DNA from: Vicinamibacterales bacterium
GTDB taxonomy: Bacteria > Acidobacteriota > Vicinamibacteria > Vicinamibacterales > SCN-69-37
Reading direction: 5' to 3'
DNA: 64,000 nucleotides
Assembly (NCBI GenBank): GCA_035279905.1
Contig: DATEGZ010000200.1
Location: 1 to 64,000 of the forward strand
This document shows positions 38,306 through 46,824 of the stretch, piece after piece. The notes below the pieces were generated by a model. The model did not search any database. It had not been told where the DNA came from and worked only from the letters and a program-made list of their open reading frames with translations. How positions within the stretch are numbered: the first letter of the stretch is position 1; the number at the start of each line of letters is the position of its first letter. The position numbers were made by a program, and so were the translations under genes.

Positions 38306-40252
38306 CTACTGTGTCTTTCGAATGGTGGCCGTCACAGTGCCCGTAACGTTCCCCGCTTCGACGACGGACGCACGAATCAAGTACGTCCCCGCCTGCAGAT
38401 CGTCCACAGGCAGCTCCGCGATCGCCTGGCGCGTGGTACCGACGAGCTCGGGCGTGATCTCGCGCTCGATCAGCGTGGTCTCGCTGCCCGGAGCCGTCAG
38501 CGTAAAGCGTACGACCGCCTCCGGCGGGTTCGCGGTGTCGGGATAGAGCTCCAGCGACGCACCGATCGTTGTCGCGCCGTCGGGCACCCGCTCGAGCGCG
38601 AGGAACCGTGGCTGCCGGTCCGCGCCCGCCCACATCGTGAACAGATCGCTCACCGAGAACGATCCGAAGTGCGCGAGACCGGCCGTGAGGCCGTGCTCGA
38701 CGCTGCCGATGTTGCCTTTGCCGTCCGCAACGACGAACCGCAGGCGGTACTTGCCGGTCTCGATCGGCACGGGAAACGCGAGCAGGTAGTCTTCCCCGGG
38801 ACTTGGCACCGGCACGTCACGGCGTCCCGCCTGCTTGATCTCGCCCGCCTCGTTGACGAGCCCGTACATCGCGATGAGCGGCCCCTGCACGCTCGACGGC
38901 ACCTGGACGTTGACGCCAAGCTGCAGCCCACTGCTGTTCGGATCGTGCCGCTGCGCGGTGCCGAGCGCGATCGGCACGCCAAACGCGACGCCGCCCTGCG
39001 CGAGCGTGGTCTTCAGCTGCTCGGCGATCGGCACGGCCTCGGGCGCGACCGAGGCCATCAGCGCCTCGCGGTTCACGCGCACCGTCGTGCCGGACGTCTT
39101 CACGGACACCTTCGTCGCCAAATACCGGCGCTTGTCCGTGACCACGGGCGCCTCGACGCCGAGGCGATAGAACCCGGACGTCTCCGCCTCGATGCGCTTG
39201 AAGAAGCGATCCGCCTGTCCCACGACGAGAAACGCCGTGCCGCCAGCGTTTTCGGCCACGGTCTGCGCGCCGGAATTCAGAAACCGGCCTTCGCTCACAC
39301 GCGCGTCCCTCCGCGCGAACCCGGTGTCGCGCATGTCGATGTCCTCGGGGATCTCGCTGAGCGCGTAAAACTGCACGCCATTCTCCGCCGCGGCGCGGCC
39401 GAGCGGCGCGAGCTGGCGCTGCAAGTCCAGCTCGGTGCCGATCGCGACGCCGGCCGACATCGCGATCACGATCTTCGGTGCCGGCGCCAGCTTGAGGAGT
39501 CTCATCAGCTGCTGAACAGCCGCGAGCTGCATCGCCGTGGTGTGCGTCACCTGCTGCGCGTACGCGCGCCCAGCCGCTTCGACGATCGGCGTGCACTGAT
39601 CGACGGGCAGACTGAGCTCAGGACACTCCCGCGCCGCGACCATGCCGAGCGTCTCGCGCGGCAGGCCGCGGTCGATGTCGATGGCCTCCGGCACCGAGAT
39701 GTAGAACGGCGCCGTGATGTTGTCGTTGCGCCCGATCATCTTCTTGTCGTGCAGCGCCGCAAGGACCGCCGCGCGATCGCGCGTTGGATTCACCGTCGGG
39801 CCCAGCCCGCTCGTCGTCGTGATGCCGATGAGATCGTCCACGTCGAAGCTGTCGAGCATGCGCTCGGCGGCGACGAGCAACGCCTTGCCTGGGCCCGGCT
39901 TGTACGACAAATCGTCGAAGAGCAGCACGACGACGCGGCCGCCGCGACGCGCAGGCGCGGCCTGCCCCGGCTGGTTCGTCGTCTGGCGCGCCTCAGCCGT
40001 CGATCCGGCCGCGCTGCCGAACTCGAGAAAGTCGAGCGCGCGCACCGGCCGCGCCTGCTTCTCGAGCGTGACGACGAAGTCCTCGGGCTTGAGCCCACGG
40101 ACGGGCTTGCCGTCCTTGTCCACGACGGTGACGTCGAGCGTCACGAGCTCGACGCCGCCGCGGAAGACGGGCTGAGGTGTCTGCTGCGCTCGAGGCGCCG
40201 CGACGAACACGGCGAGCGTGGCAATCAAGATCGCGCGGCGCATTGGGGCCAT
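38306..40252 (-). CDS. VWA-domain secreted protein (Acidobacterial VWFA-related domain family), paralog 1
   Basis: Signal peptide. The FRGGVELVTLDVTVVDKDGKPVRGLKPEDF N-terminal block is typical of the Acidobacterial VWFA-related domain. VWA fold (VVLLFDDLS...). Confidence 0.75.
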   Translation of the reverse strand: MAPMRRAILIATLAVFVAAPRAQQTPQPVFRGGVELVTLDVTVVDKDGKPVRGLKPEDFVVTLEKQARPVRALDFLEFGSAAGSTAEARQTTNQPGQAAPARRGGRVVVLLFDDLSYKPGPGKALLVAAERMLDSFDVDDLIGITTTSGLGPTVNPTRDRAAVLAALHDKKMIGRNDNITAPFYISVPEAIDIDRGLPRETLGMVAARECPELSLPVDQCTPIVEAAGRAYAQQVTHTTAMQLAAVQQLMRLLKLAPAPKIVIAMSAGVAIGTELDLQRQLAPLGRAAAENGVQFYALSEIPEDIDMRDTGFARRDARVSEGRFLNSGAQTVAENAGGTAFLVVGQADRFFKRIEAETSGFYRLGVEAPVVTDKRRYLATKVSVKTSGTTVRVNREALMASVAPEAVPIAEQLKTTLAQGGVAFGVPIALGTAQRHDPNSSGLQLGVNVQVPSSVQGPLIAMYGLVNEAGEIKQAGRRDVPVPSPGEDYLLAFPVPIETGKYRLRFVVADGKGNIGSVEHGLTAGLAHFGSFSVSDLFTMWAGADRQPRFLALERVPDGATTIGASLELYPDTANPPEAVVRFTLTAPGSETTLIEREITPELVGTTRQAIAELPVDDLQAGTYLIRASVVEAGNVTGTVTATIRKTQ

Positions 40253-40262
40253 GTTATTGGTT

Positions 40263-40287
40263 CCGAGGTTCCCCGGAACCCTTATTG
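40263..40287. repeat. Family-2 mini hairpin between the tandem VWA genes
   Basis: GGTTCCGAGGTTCCCCGGAACC. Confidence 0.5.
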
Positions 40288-42228
40288 TCCTTTTCTGATC
40301 GTCGACGTCACGGTGCCCGTCACAGTCCCCGCCTCCACGACCGCCGCATGAATCACGTACGCCCCGGGCTGCAGATCGTCCACCGGCAGCTCGGCGATCG
40401 CCTGGCGCGTGGCGCCGACGAGCTCGGGTGTGATCTCGCGCTCGATGAGCGCGGTCTCGCTGCCCAGAGCGGTCAGCGTGAAGCGCACGACCACCTCCGG
40501 CGGGTTCGCGGCGTCGGGATAGAGCTCGAGCGACGCGCCGACGGTCGCCGCGCCTTCAGGCAGGCGCTCGAGCGCGAGGAACCGTGGCTGGCGATCCGCG
40601 CCGGCCCACATCGTGAACAAGTCGCTCACGGAGAACGATCCGAAATGCGCGAGGCCCGCCGTGACGCCGTGTTCGACGCTGCCGATGTTGCCTTTGGCGT
40701 CGGCGATGACGAAGCGCACGCGGTATCTTCCGGATTCGATCGGCACCGGAAACGCGAGCAGGTAGTCTTCTCCGGGATTTGGCACCGGCACGTCGCGGCG
40801 TCCAGCCTGTTTGATCTCGCCCGCCTCGTTGACGAGGCCGTACATCGCGATGAGCGGCCCCGGCACGCTCGACGGCACCTGGACGTTCACGCCAAGCTGC
40901 AGCGCGCTGCTCGAGGGATCGCGGCGCTGCGCCGTCCCGAGCGCGATCGGCACGCCAAACGCGACGCCGCCCTGCGCCAGCGTCGTCTTCAATTGCTCGG
41001 CAATCGGCACGGCCTCGGGCGCGACCGCGGCCAGGAGCGCCTCACGATTCACGCGCACCGTCGCGCCCGACGTCTTGACCGACACTTTCGTCGCGAGATA
41101 CCGGTGCTTGTCGGTCAACACCGGCGCCTCGACGCCGAGACGATAGAACCCTGACGTCTCCGCTTCGATGCGCTTGAAAAATCGATCGGCCTGTCCAACG
41201 ACAAGAAACGCGGTACCGCCGGCGTTTTCCGCGACCGTCTGCGCGCCGGAGTTCAAGAACCGGCCTTCCTGGACCCGCGCGGCCGCGCGCGCCTGCGTCC
41301 GTTCGGATAAGTCAACGAGATCCGGAAGCTCGCTCATCGCGTAGAACTGCACGCCATTTTCCGCCGCCGCGCGCCCGAGCGGCGCGAGCTGGCGCTGCAG
41401 GTCGAGCTCCGTGCCGATCGCGACGCCGGCAGAAAGCGCGATGATGACCTTCGGTGCCGGCGCGTTCTTGATCAGCCCCATGAGCGTCTGAAACGCCGCG
41501 AGCTGCATCGCCGTGCTGTGCGTGATCTGCTGCGCGTACGCACGTCCGGCCGCGGCCACCATGTACTTGCAGACGTCGACTTGAATACCCAACTCTCCAC
41601 ACTCGCGGCCGGCAACTGCGTCCAGCGTCTCGCGCGGGAAGTCGCGGTCGATCTCGATGGCCTCGTCCACCGCGATGTAGAACGGCGCCGTGATGTTGTC
41701 GTTGCGCCCGATCATCTTCTTGTCGTGCAGCGCCGCGAGGACCGCGGCGCGATCGCGCGTCGGATTGACCGTCGGGCCCAGCCCGCTCGTCGTGGTGATC
41801 CCGATCAAGTCGTCCACGTCGAAGGTGCCGATCATCCGCTCGGCCGCGACCAGCAAACCCTTGCCCGTGATCCCCGGCTTGTAGGACAGATCGTCGAAGA
41901 GGATGACGATGGCGCGTCCGCCGCGGCGGGCGGGCTGCGCCTGACCGGCTTGATTCGTCGTTTGACGCGCGTCGGCGGTCGATCCGGCCGCGCTCCCGAA
42001 CTCGAGGAAATCGAGCGCGCGCACCGGCCGCGGCTGCTTCTCGAGCGTAACGACGAAATCCTCGGGCTTGAGGCCGCGGACGGGCTTGCCGTCCTTGTCG
42101 ATCACCGTGACGTCCAGCGTGACGAGATCGACGCCGCCGCGGAACACGGGCTGTTGAGGAGTCTGCTGCGCCGCGAGCGCCGCGGCGAAGACGAGCAGCG
42201 CCGTCGAGGTCAAAGCCGGGCGGCGCAT
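40282..42228 (-). CDS. VWA-domain secreted protein, paralog 2 (tandem duplicate)
   Basis: 648 aa, same length as paralog 1. Roughly 85% identical overall and near-identical in the C-terminal 200 aa. Confidence 0.75.
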   Translation of the reverse strand: MRRPALTSTALLVFAAALAAQQTPQQPVFRGGVDLVTLDVTVIDKDGKPVRGLKPEDFVVTLEKQPRPVRALDFLEFGSAAGSTADARQTTNQAGQAQPARRGGRAIVILFDDLSYKPGITGKGLLVAAERMIGTFDVDDLIGITTTSGLGPTVNPTRDRAAVLAALHDKKMIGRNDNITAPFYIAVDEAIEIDRDFPRETLDAVAGRECGELGIQVDVCKYMVAAAGRAYAQQITHSTAMQLAAFQTLMGLIKNAPAPKVIIALSAGVAIGTELDLQRQLAPLGRAAAENGVQFYAMSELPDLVDLSERTQARAAARVQEGRFLNSGAQTVAENAGGTAFLVVGQADRFFKRIEAETSGFYRLGVEAPVLTDKHRYLATKVSVKTSGATVRVNREALLAAVAPEAVPIAEQLKTTLAQGGVAFGVPIALGTAQRRDPSSSALQLGVNVQVPSSVPGPLIAMYGLVNEAGEIKQAGRRDVPVPNPGEDYLLAFPVPIESGRYRVRFVIADAKGNIGSVEHGVTAGLAHFGSFSVSDLFTMWAGADRQPRFLALERLPEGAATVGASLELYPDAANPPEVVVRFTLTALGSETALIEREITPELVGATRQAIAELPVDDLQPGAYVIHAAVVEAGTVTGTVTSTIRKGQ

Positions 42229-42231
42229 GGT

Positions 42232-42735
42232 TCACTCTCGATAATTGCCGAACTGCAGCTCCACGCCAAAGTCCTGCGCCTTGAGCACACGAATCGCCGC
42301 CTGCAGCTCGTCCTTCGAGGGCGACGAGACGCGCAGCTGATCGCCCTGGATCGCGGCCTGGATCTTCTTCAGTTTCTGGTCCTTGATGAACTTCACGATA
42401 TCGCGCGCGGCCTCGATGGGAATCCCCTGCTGCAGCGTGATCGTGCGGGACACGAGCCCGCCCGCGACCGGCAGCACGTCGCCCGCCTTGAGGTTCTTGA
42501 CCGGCACGCCACGGCGGACCATGCGCGTCTGGAGAATGTCCCAGACCGCGTCCATCTTGAAGTTGTCGTCCGCGAGGATCTCGATGACGTTTTCCGCCCG
42601 CTTGAAGTCGATCGCCGACTTGGAACCCTTGAAGTCGTAGCGCTGCGCGAGCTCTTTCCGCGCCTGGTTGACCGCGTTGTCGACCTCCTGCAGGTCAACT
42701 TTGGAGGTCACGTCGAATGATGCCTGTCCGGCCAT
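42232..42735 (-). CDS. yajQ: YajQ-family (UPF0234) nucleotide/c-di-GMP-binding protein
   Basis: MAGQASFDVTSKVDLQEVDNAVNQARKEL... matches the YajQ N-terminus. 167 aa. Its stop is 3 nt before the VWA paralog 2 start. Confidence 0.85.
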   Translation of the reverse strand: MAGQASFDVTSKVDLQEVDNAVNQARKELAQRYDFKGSKSAIDFKRAENVIEILADDNFKMDAVWDILQTRMVRRGVPVKNLKAGDVLPVAGGLVSRTITLQQGIPIEAARDIVKFIKDQKLKKIQAAIQGDQLRVSSPSKDELQAAIRVLKAQDFGVELQFGNYRE

Positions 42736-42769
42736 GCGGAGTCATCGTACTCCGATCTATCATGCACGC

Positions 42770-43666
42770 GTGCTGCCCATTGCCGATGGGCTGTTCCAGC
42801 GCCTGCACGCCCAGGCGAACGCGGAGCGCTGGCACGTCCCCCTGGCGCCGTTCAGCGCCGCCCTGGCCGCGAGCGCCGGCAAAGCCTTCGCGACCGGTGA
42901 CTACGACGCACGCGAGGTCGAGCGGTATCTCACCTCCCTCCACCTCGAGGACCTCGCGCTCGCCTGCGGGTGCGCGGCGGGCGACGAGGACGCGTGGGAG
43001 CACTTCGTCGGCGAGTATCGGCCCCCGCTCTATCGCGCCGCCGACGCGATGGACCCCTCAGGCGGCGCGCGCGAGCTCGTCGACGCGCTCTACGGCGATC
43101 TGTTCGGTGTGGCCACGAGCGGCGCCGATCGGCAATCCCTGTTTCGCTATTTTCACGGCCGGAGCAGCCTCGCGACCTGGCTGCGCGCGGTCTTGTCGCA
43201 GCGGGTCGTCGATCGCGCGCGCGCGGCCAAGCGGCACGAGGATCTTCCGGCTGAGGATTCGCCGCAGGCGATCGCCGCGCCCGAGCGGCTCGATGACCCC
43301 GAGCGCGACCGCGACTTGCACCTGCTGCAGGATGCGCTGGCCCACGCGGTCAACGGCCTGGAGACGCGCGACCGGCTTCGGCTGCGGTGTTACTACGCGC
43401 AGGGGCTGACGCTCGCCGAGACCGGGCGGCTGACCCGCGAGTCCGAGGCGACCGTCTCGCGTCACCTCGCACAAACCCGGCGCACGATTCGCGAAGACGT
43501 GGAGCGCCGCCTGCACGCGATCGGCCTGACGGACGCGCAAATCGCGCTGTGTGTGGCCACGGCCACCGCCGACGCCGGTCCGATGGACGTGCAGACGATC
43601 CTCGGCGTCGCCCCCGCGCGCAAGGAATCGCCGGTCGTTCGTTCTACGGAGGAGAAGGCGCCATGA
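42770..43666 (+). CDS. ECF-type RNA polymerase sigma factor with an N-terminal extension
   Basis: Region 2-like segment (ELVDALYGDLF...LATWLRAVLSQRVVDRAR) and region 4 HTH (GLTLAETGRLTRESEATVSRHLAQTRR). The start is uncertain: GTG at 42770, or ATG at 42734 which would overlap the divergent yajQ start. Confidence 0.6.
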   Translation: MLPIADGLFQRLHAQANAERWHVPLAPFSAALAASAGKAFATGDYDAREVERYLTSLHLEDLALACGCAAGDEDAWEHFVGEYRPPLYRAADAMDPSGGARELVDALYGDLFGVATSGADRQSLFRYFHGRSSLATWLRAVLSQRVVDRARAAKRHEDLPAEDSPQAIAAPERLDDPERDRDLHLLQDALAHAVNGLETRDRLRLRCYYAQGLTLAETGRLTRESEATVSRHLAQTRRTIREDVERRLHAIGLTDAQIALCVATATADAGPMDVQTILGVAPARKESPVVRSTEEKAP

Positions 43667-44748
43667 CCGACGCTCCGCGGCGCGACGAGTCGACCGAGGC
43701 CCTGCTCCGCCGGACCTTGAGCCCGGGCCAGGAGCCGGAGACGGCCGAGGCCTGTCTGGACGGCGAGACCGCGGCGGCCTGGCTCGACGGGAAGCTCCAC
43801 GGTGGCGCGCTCGAGCGCGCCCGGACGCACACCGCCGACTGCGCGCGATGCCAGGCGCTGATGGCCACGTTCGTGAGAGCGGAAGCCGGATTCGTCCAGC
43901 CCGGGGCGCCGGCTCGTCCGGCGGCGGTCGTCGAAGAGGCCCCACGGCGCCAGTGGTGGATCTGGGTGGTCCCTGTGCTGGTGCCCGCTGCCGCCGTCGT
44001 GATTGCCGTGACGCTGCCACGAAGCAAGCCGCCTGCCACTCCGACGTCCGCGGCGGCTCCAGCGCCGGATCAGTCGAAGCTCGCCGATGCAAAAAACGCG
44101 GCCGTGCAAACGCCGGCCTTCGAAGAGAAGAAGGCCGAGGAGCCCGCGAAGATCGACGCGCAGAAAGACGTCGATCAAGCCGGCAGGCTGGACAAGAAGC
44201 GCCAGCAGGACGCGTTGAACCGCGCGGCTGCGCCGGCCGCCGCGACCAAATCCGCAAACGAGGTCGCCGCGGCCGCGCCTCCGCCACCGACGCAACCCAC
44301 GCCCGCGGCGGCCCCGGCTCGAGACGAGGCGCGGACGCGCGAGCTGGTGCAGGCGCAGCCTCTGAAGCGCGATGAAATTGGCTCGCCGGATCCGCTGGTG
44401 CGCTGGCGTCTTCGCCGCCGCACCGTCGAGAAGTCGATCGACGGCGGCAAGTCGTGGACCGCGGTGCCGACCGGCCTCGACGCCGAGTGGACCGCGGGCG
44501 CCGCGCCCACGCCCACGGCGTTCTGGATCGTTGGCCGCGGCGGCATGATCGCGCGGTCGACCGACGGACGCGCGTTTGAGCGCCTCCCGTTCCCGGAATT
44601 GACAGATCTGTCAGCCGTGCAGGCCACCGACGCGCAGACCGCGACGGTTTCGTCAGCCGACGGCCACACCTTCTCCACCACCGACGGCGGCCGCTCCTGG
44701 GCCCGCCGCGACCTGCAAGAAAAGCAGGCGGCTCCGTTCAGGGAATAG
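43663..44748 (+). CDS. Anti-sigma factor (zinc-finger ZAS-like, single transmembrane helix) with a C-terminal beta-propeller-like domain
   Basis: ATGA overlap with the sigma factor gene. GGAGGAGAAGG Shine-Dalgarno. HTADCARCQALM (Hx3Cx2C). Transmembrane helix WWIWVVPVLVPAAAVVIAV. Pro/Ala-rich linker. C-terminal segment with repeats rich in W, G and T. Confidence 0.65.
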   Translation: MTDAPRRDESTEALLRRTLSPGQEPETAEACLDGETAAAWLDGKLHGGALERARTHTADCARCQALMATFVRAEAGFVQPGAPARPAAVVEEAPRRQWWIWVVPVLVPAAAVVIAVTLPRSKPPATPTSAAAPAPDQSKLADAKNAAVQTPAFEEKKAEEPAKIDAQKDVDQAGRLDKKRQQDALNRAAAPAAATKSANEVAAAAPPPPTQPTPAAAPARDEARTRELVQAQPLKRDEIGSPDPLVRWRLRRRTVEKSIDGGKSWTAVPTGLDAEWTAGAAPTPTAFWIVGRGGMIARSTDGRAFERLPFPELTDLSAVQATDAQTATVSSADGHTFSTTDGGRSWARRDLQEKQAAPFRE

Positions 44749-44755
44749 CGACACC

Positions 44756-44802
44756 GATCAGGCACCAGGCACCAGGCACTAGCACTTGATCGGTGCGATT
44801 TC
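44756..44802. terminator. Hairpin with a GGCACCA repeat loop
   Basis: CACCGATCA-(GGCACCAGGCACCAGGCACTAGCACT)-TGATCGGTG, between the anti-sigma gene and the DUF4139 gene. Confidence 0.4.
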
Positions 44803-44821
44803 CTGAGAGGAGACGTGTCCC

Positions 44822-46300
44822 ATGTCCGCCCGATACTTGATTGCTCCCGTCGCGCTGTTGCTCGCTGGTGGAATCGTCGGTGAAGTCCGGCGCACGCCGG
44901 CGGATCCGGTGACGACGACCGTCACCGCGGCTGAACAGAACGCGACGAGCACGCTCGACGATCAGACCGAGCTCGCCGTCACCGTGTACAACTCCGACAT
45001 CGCGCTCGTGCGCGACGTCCGCGCGCTCACGCTCGGGCGCGGCACGTCGGATCTGCACTTCATGGACATCGCGGCGACCGTCAACCCCGCGACGGTGCAC
45101 TTCCGATCGCTCTCCGAGCCGTCGCGCGTGAGCGTGCTCGAGCAGAACTACGAGTACGACCTGCTCGAGCCCGACAAGCTGCTGCGCAAATACGTCGGCA
45201 AGGAGGTCACGCTGATTCGCACGATCCAGGATCAGGGCCGATCGCGCGAGGAGACGGTGAAGGCGCATCTCCTCTCCTACAACAACGCGCCCGTGTGGCA
45301 GATCGACGGCGAGATCGTGACAGGCGCGCGGTTCGAGTCGATCAAGTTCCCCGAGCTGCCGGGCAATCTCTACTCGCGGCCGACGCTGATCTGGACGCTC
45401 TCGAACACCGGCGGCACGCAGCACAAAGTCGAAGCGTCGTACCTCGCGGGCCAGCTCGCGTGGAACGCGGACTACGTGCTCACGGTCGGGCGCGACGACA
45501 AGGCCGCGGACATCGACGGCTGGGTCACGCTTCGAAACGGCAGCGGGACGTCGTTCAAGAACGCGTCACTGCAACTGGTCGCCGGCGACCTCAACCGCGT
45601 GCGCCAGCAAATCGGCCGGATGATGGACGAGGCGAAGATGACGCGGGAGGTCGCGGCCGCGCCGGCGATGTCTCAGGAATCGTTCTCGGACTACCACCTC
45701 TACACGCTCGGCCGAAAGACGACGATCAACAACGCGGAGACGAAGCAGGTCAGCATGCTCGGCGCCACCGGCTTCCCCGTCATCAAGCGCTACGTCGTCG
45801 ATGGCCAGGACTTCTACTACCGCAACGCGCAGCACCCCGGCGCGCCGTTGAAGGATCTCGTGGCGGTCTACTACCAGTTCAAGAACGAGCAGACGTCGGG
45901 CCTCGGCATGCCGATGCCGGCCGGCAACGTGCGCGTCTACCAGGCGGACTCCCGCGGCGGCATCCAGTTCGTCGGCGAAGACCACATCAGCCACACGCCG
46001 AAGGACGAGACGATCAACATCAAGATCGGCAACGCCTTCGACGTCGTCTGTGAGCGCAAGCAGACGGACTTCCAGAAGATCGCGCCGGGCGTCTATGACG
46101 TCGAGTTCGAGATCACCCTGCGCAACCACAAGGCCGTCCCGGTGAGCGTCGAAGTGAACGAGCCCATCGGCGGCACCTGGCGGATGCTCCAGTCCACGCA
46201 CCAGTGGACGAAGACGGATGCCTGGGCGGCGCAGTTCAAGGTGCCGGTGCCCGTCGATGGTACGTCGGTGCTTCGCTACAAAGTGCGCGTCACTTACTAG
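44822..46300 (+). CDS. DUF4139/DUF4140-family conserved hypothetical protein
   Basis: GAGAGGAG Shine-Dalgarno. N-terminal transmembrane/signal segment. Architecture and length (492 aa) are typical of DUF4139. Confidence 0.5.
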   Translation: MSARYLIAPVALLLAGGIVGEVRRTPADPVTTTVTAAEQNATSTLDDQTELAVTVYNSDIALVRDVRALTLGRGTSDLHFMDIAATVNPATVHFRSLSEPSRVSVLEQNYEYDLLEPDKLLRKYVGKEVTLIRTIQDQGRSREETVKAHLLSYNNAPVWQIDGEIVTGARFESIKFPELPGNLYSRPTLIWTLSNTGGTQHKVEASYLAGQLAWNADYVLTVGRDDKAADIDGWVTLRNGSGTSFKNASLQLVAGDLNRVRQQIGRMMDEAKMTREVAAAPAMSQESFSDYHLYTLGRKTTINNAETKQVSMLGATGFPVIKRYVVDGQDFYYRNAQHPGAPLKDLVAVYYQFKNEQTSGLGMPMPAGNVRVYQADSRGGIQFVGEDHISHTPKDETINIKIGNAFDVVCERKQTDFQKIAPGVYDVEFEITLRNHKAVPVSVEVNEPIGGTWRMLQSTHQWTKTDAWAAQFKVPVPVDGTSVLRYKVRVTY

Positions 46301-46307
46301 GCACGGC

Positions 46308-46413
46308 GGATTAACTTAAAACTTAGAACTAAGAACTTAGAACTTCGGAGTACACACGCGTCACGCGTGACGCTCTGAAGTTCTAAGTTTGAAGTTCTAA
46401 GTTCTAAGTTGAT
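46308..46413. repeat. Family-1 tandem-heptamer hairpin element, copy C
   Basis: GATTAACTTAAAACTTAGAACTAAGAACTTAGAACTTCGGAG - loop TACACACGCGTCACGCGTGACGCTCT - GAAGTTCTAAGTTTGAAGTTCTAAGTTCTAAGTTGATC. The right arm is identical to copy B. Confidence 0.85.
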
Positions 46414-46467
46414 CCCGGCCCCTAACCTCCCGGCAGGCCAATACGTCTAAGCTCGACGTATCGACCT

Positions 46468-46824
46468 ATGACGCAGCCCGTCGACCCACGACACTATCTT
46501 CCCCTCTCGCCCCAGCAGTTCCACATCCTGCTGGCCCTCGAGGGCAATGACCGGCACGGCTACGGCATCATCCTCGACGTCGCACGGCGGACGGATGGGG
46601 CGCTGCGGATGGGCACGGGCACGCTCTACACCGCCATGGCGCGGCTGGTGGCGCTCGAGCTCGTGGCGGACAGCGGCCGTGAGGACGAGCGACGCCGCTA
46701 CTACCGGCTGACACCGCTCGGCCGGCGGGTGCTGGTGGCCGAAACCGCGCGCCTCGAGGCGCTGGTCCGCGACGCGCACCGGCAGGGCGTGCGCGGGCCC
46801 GCGCCGGCACGGACCCGATCATGA
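46468..46824 (+). CDS. PadR-family transcriptional regulator
   Basis: LSPQQFHILLALEGNDRHGYGIILDV...LYTAMARLVALELV...YYRLTPLGRRVL. Confidence 0.85.
   Translation: MTQPVDPRHYLPLSPQQFHILLALEGNDRHGYGIILDVARRTDGALRMGTGTLYTAMARLVALELVADSGREDERRRYYRLTPLGRRVLVAETARLEALVRDAHRQGVRGPAPARTRS

Noticed and set aside
38817-39596. Identical short ORFs (for example MISPASLT.PYIAMSGP.TLDGTWT...) appearing twice in the track (38835..39170 and 40811..41146)
   Set aside because: They are off-frame translations of the near-identical 3' halves of the tandem VWA paralogs, and do not represent independent genes.
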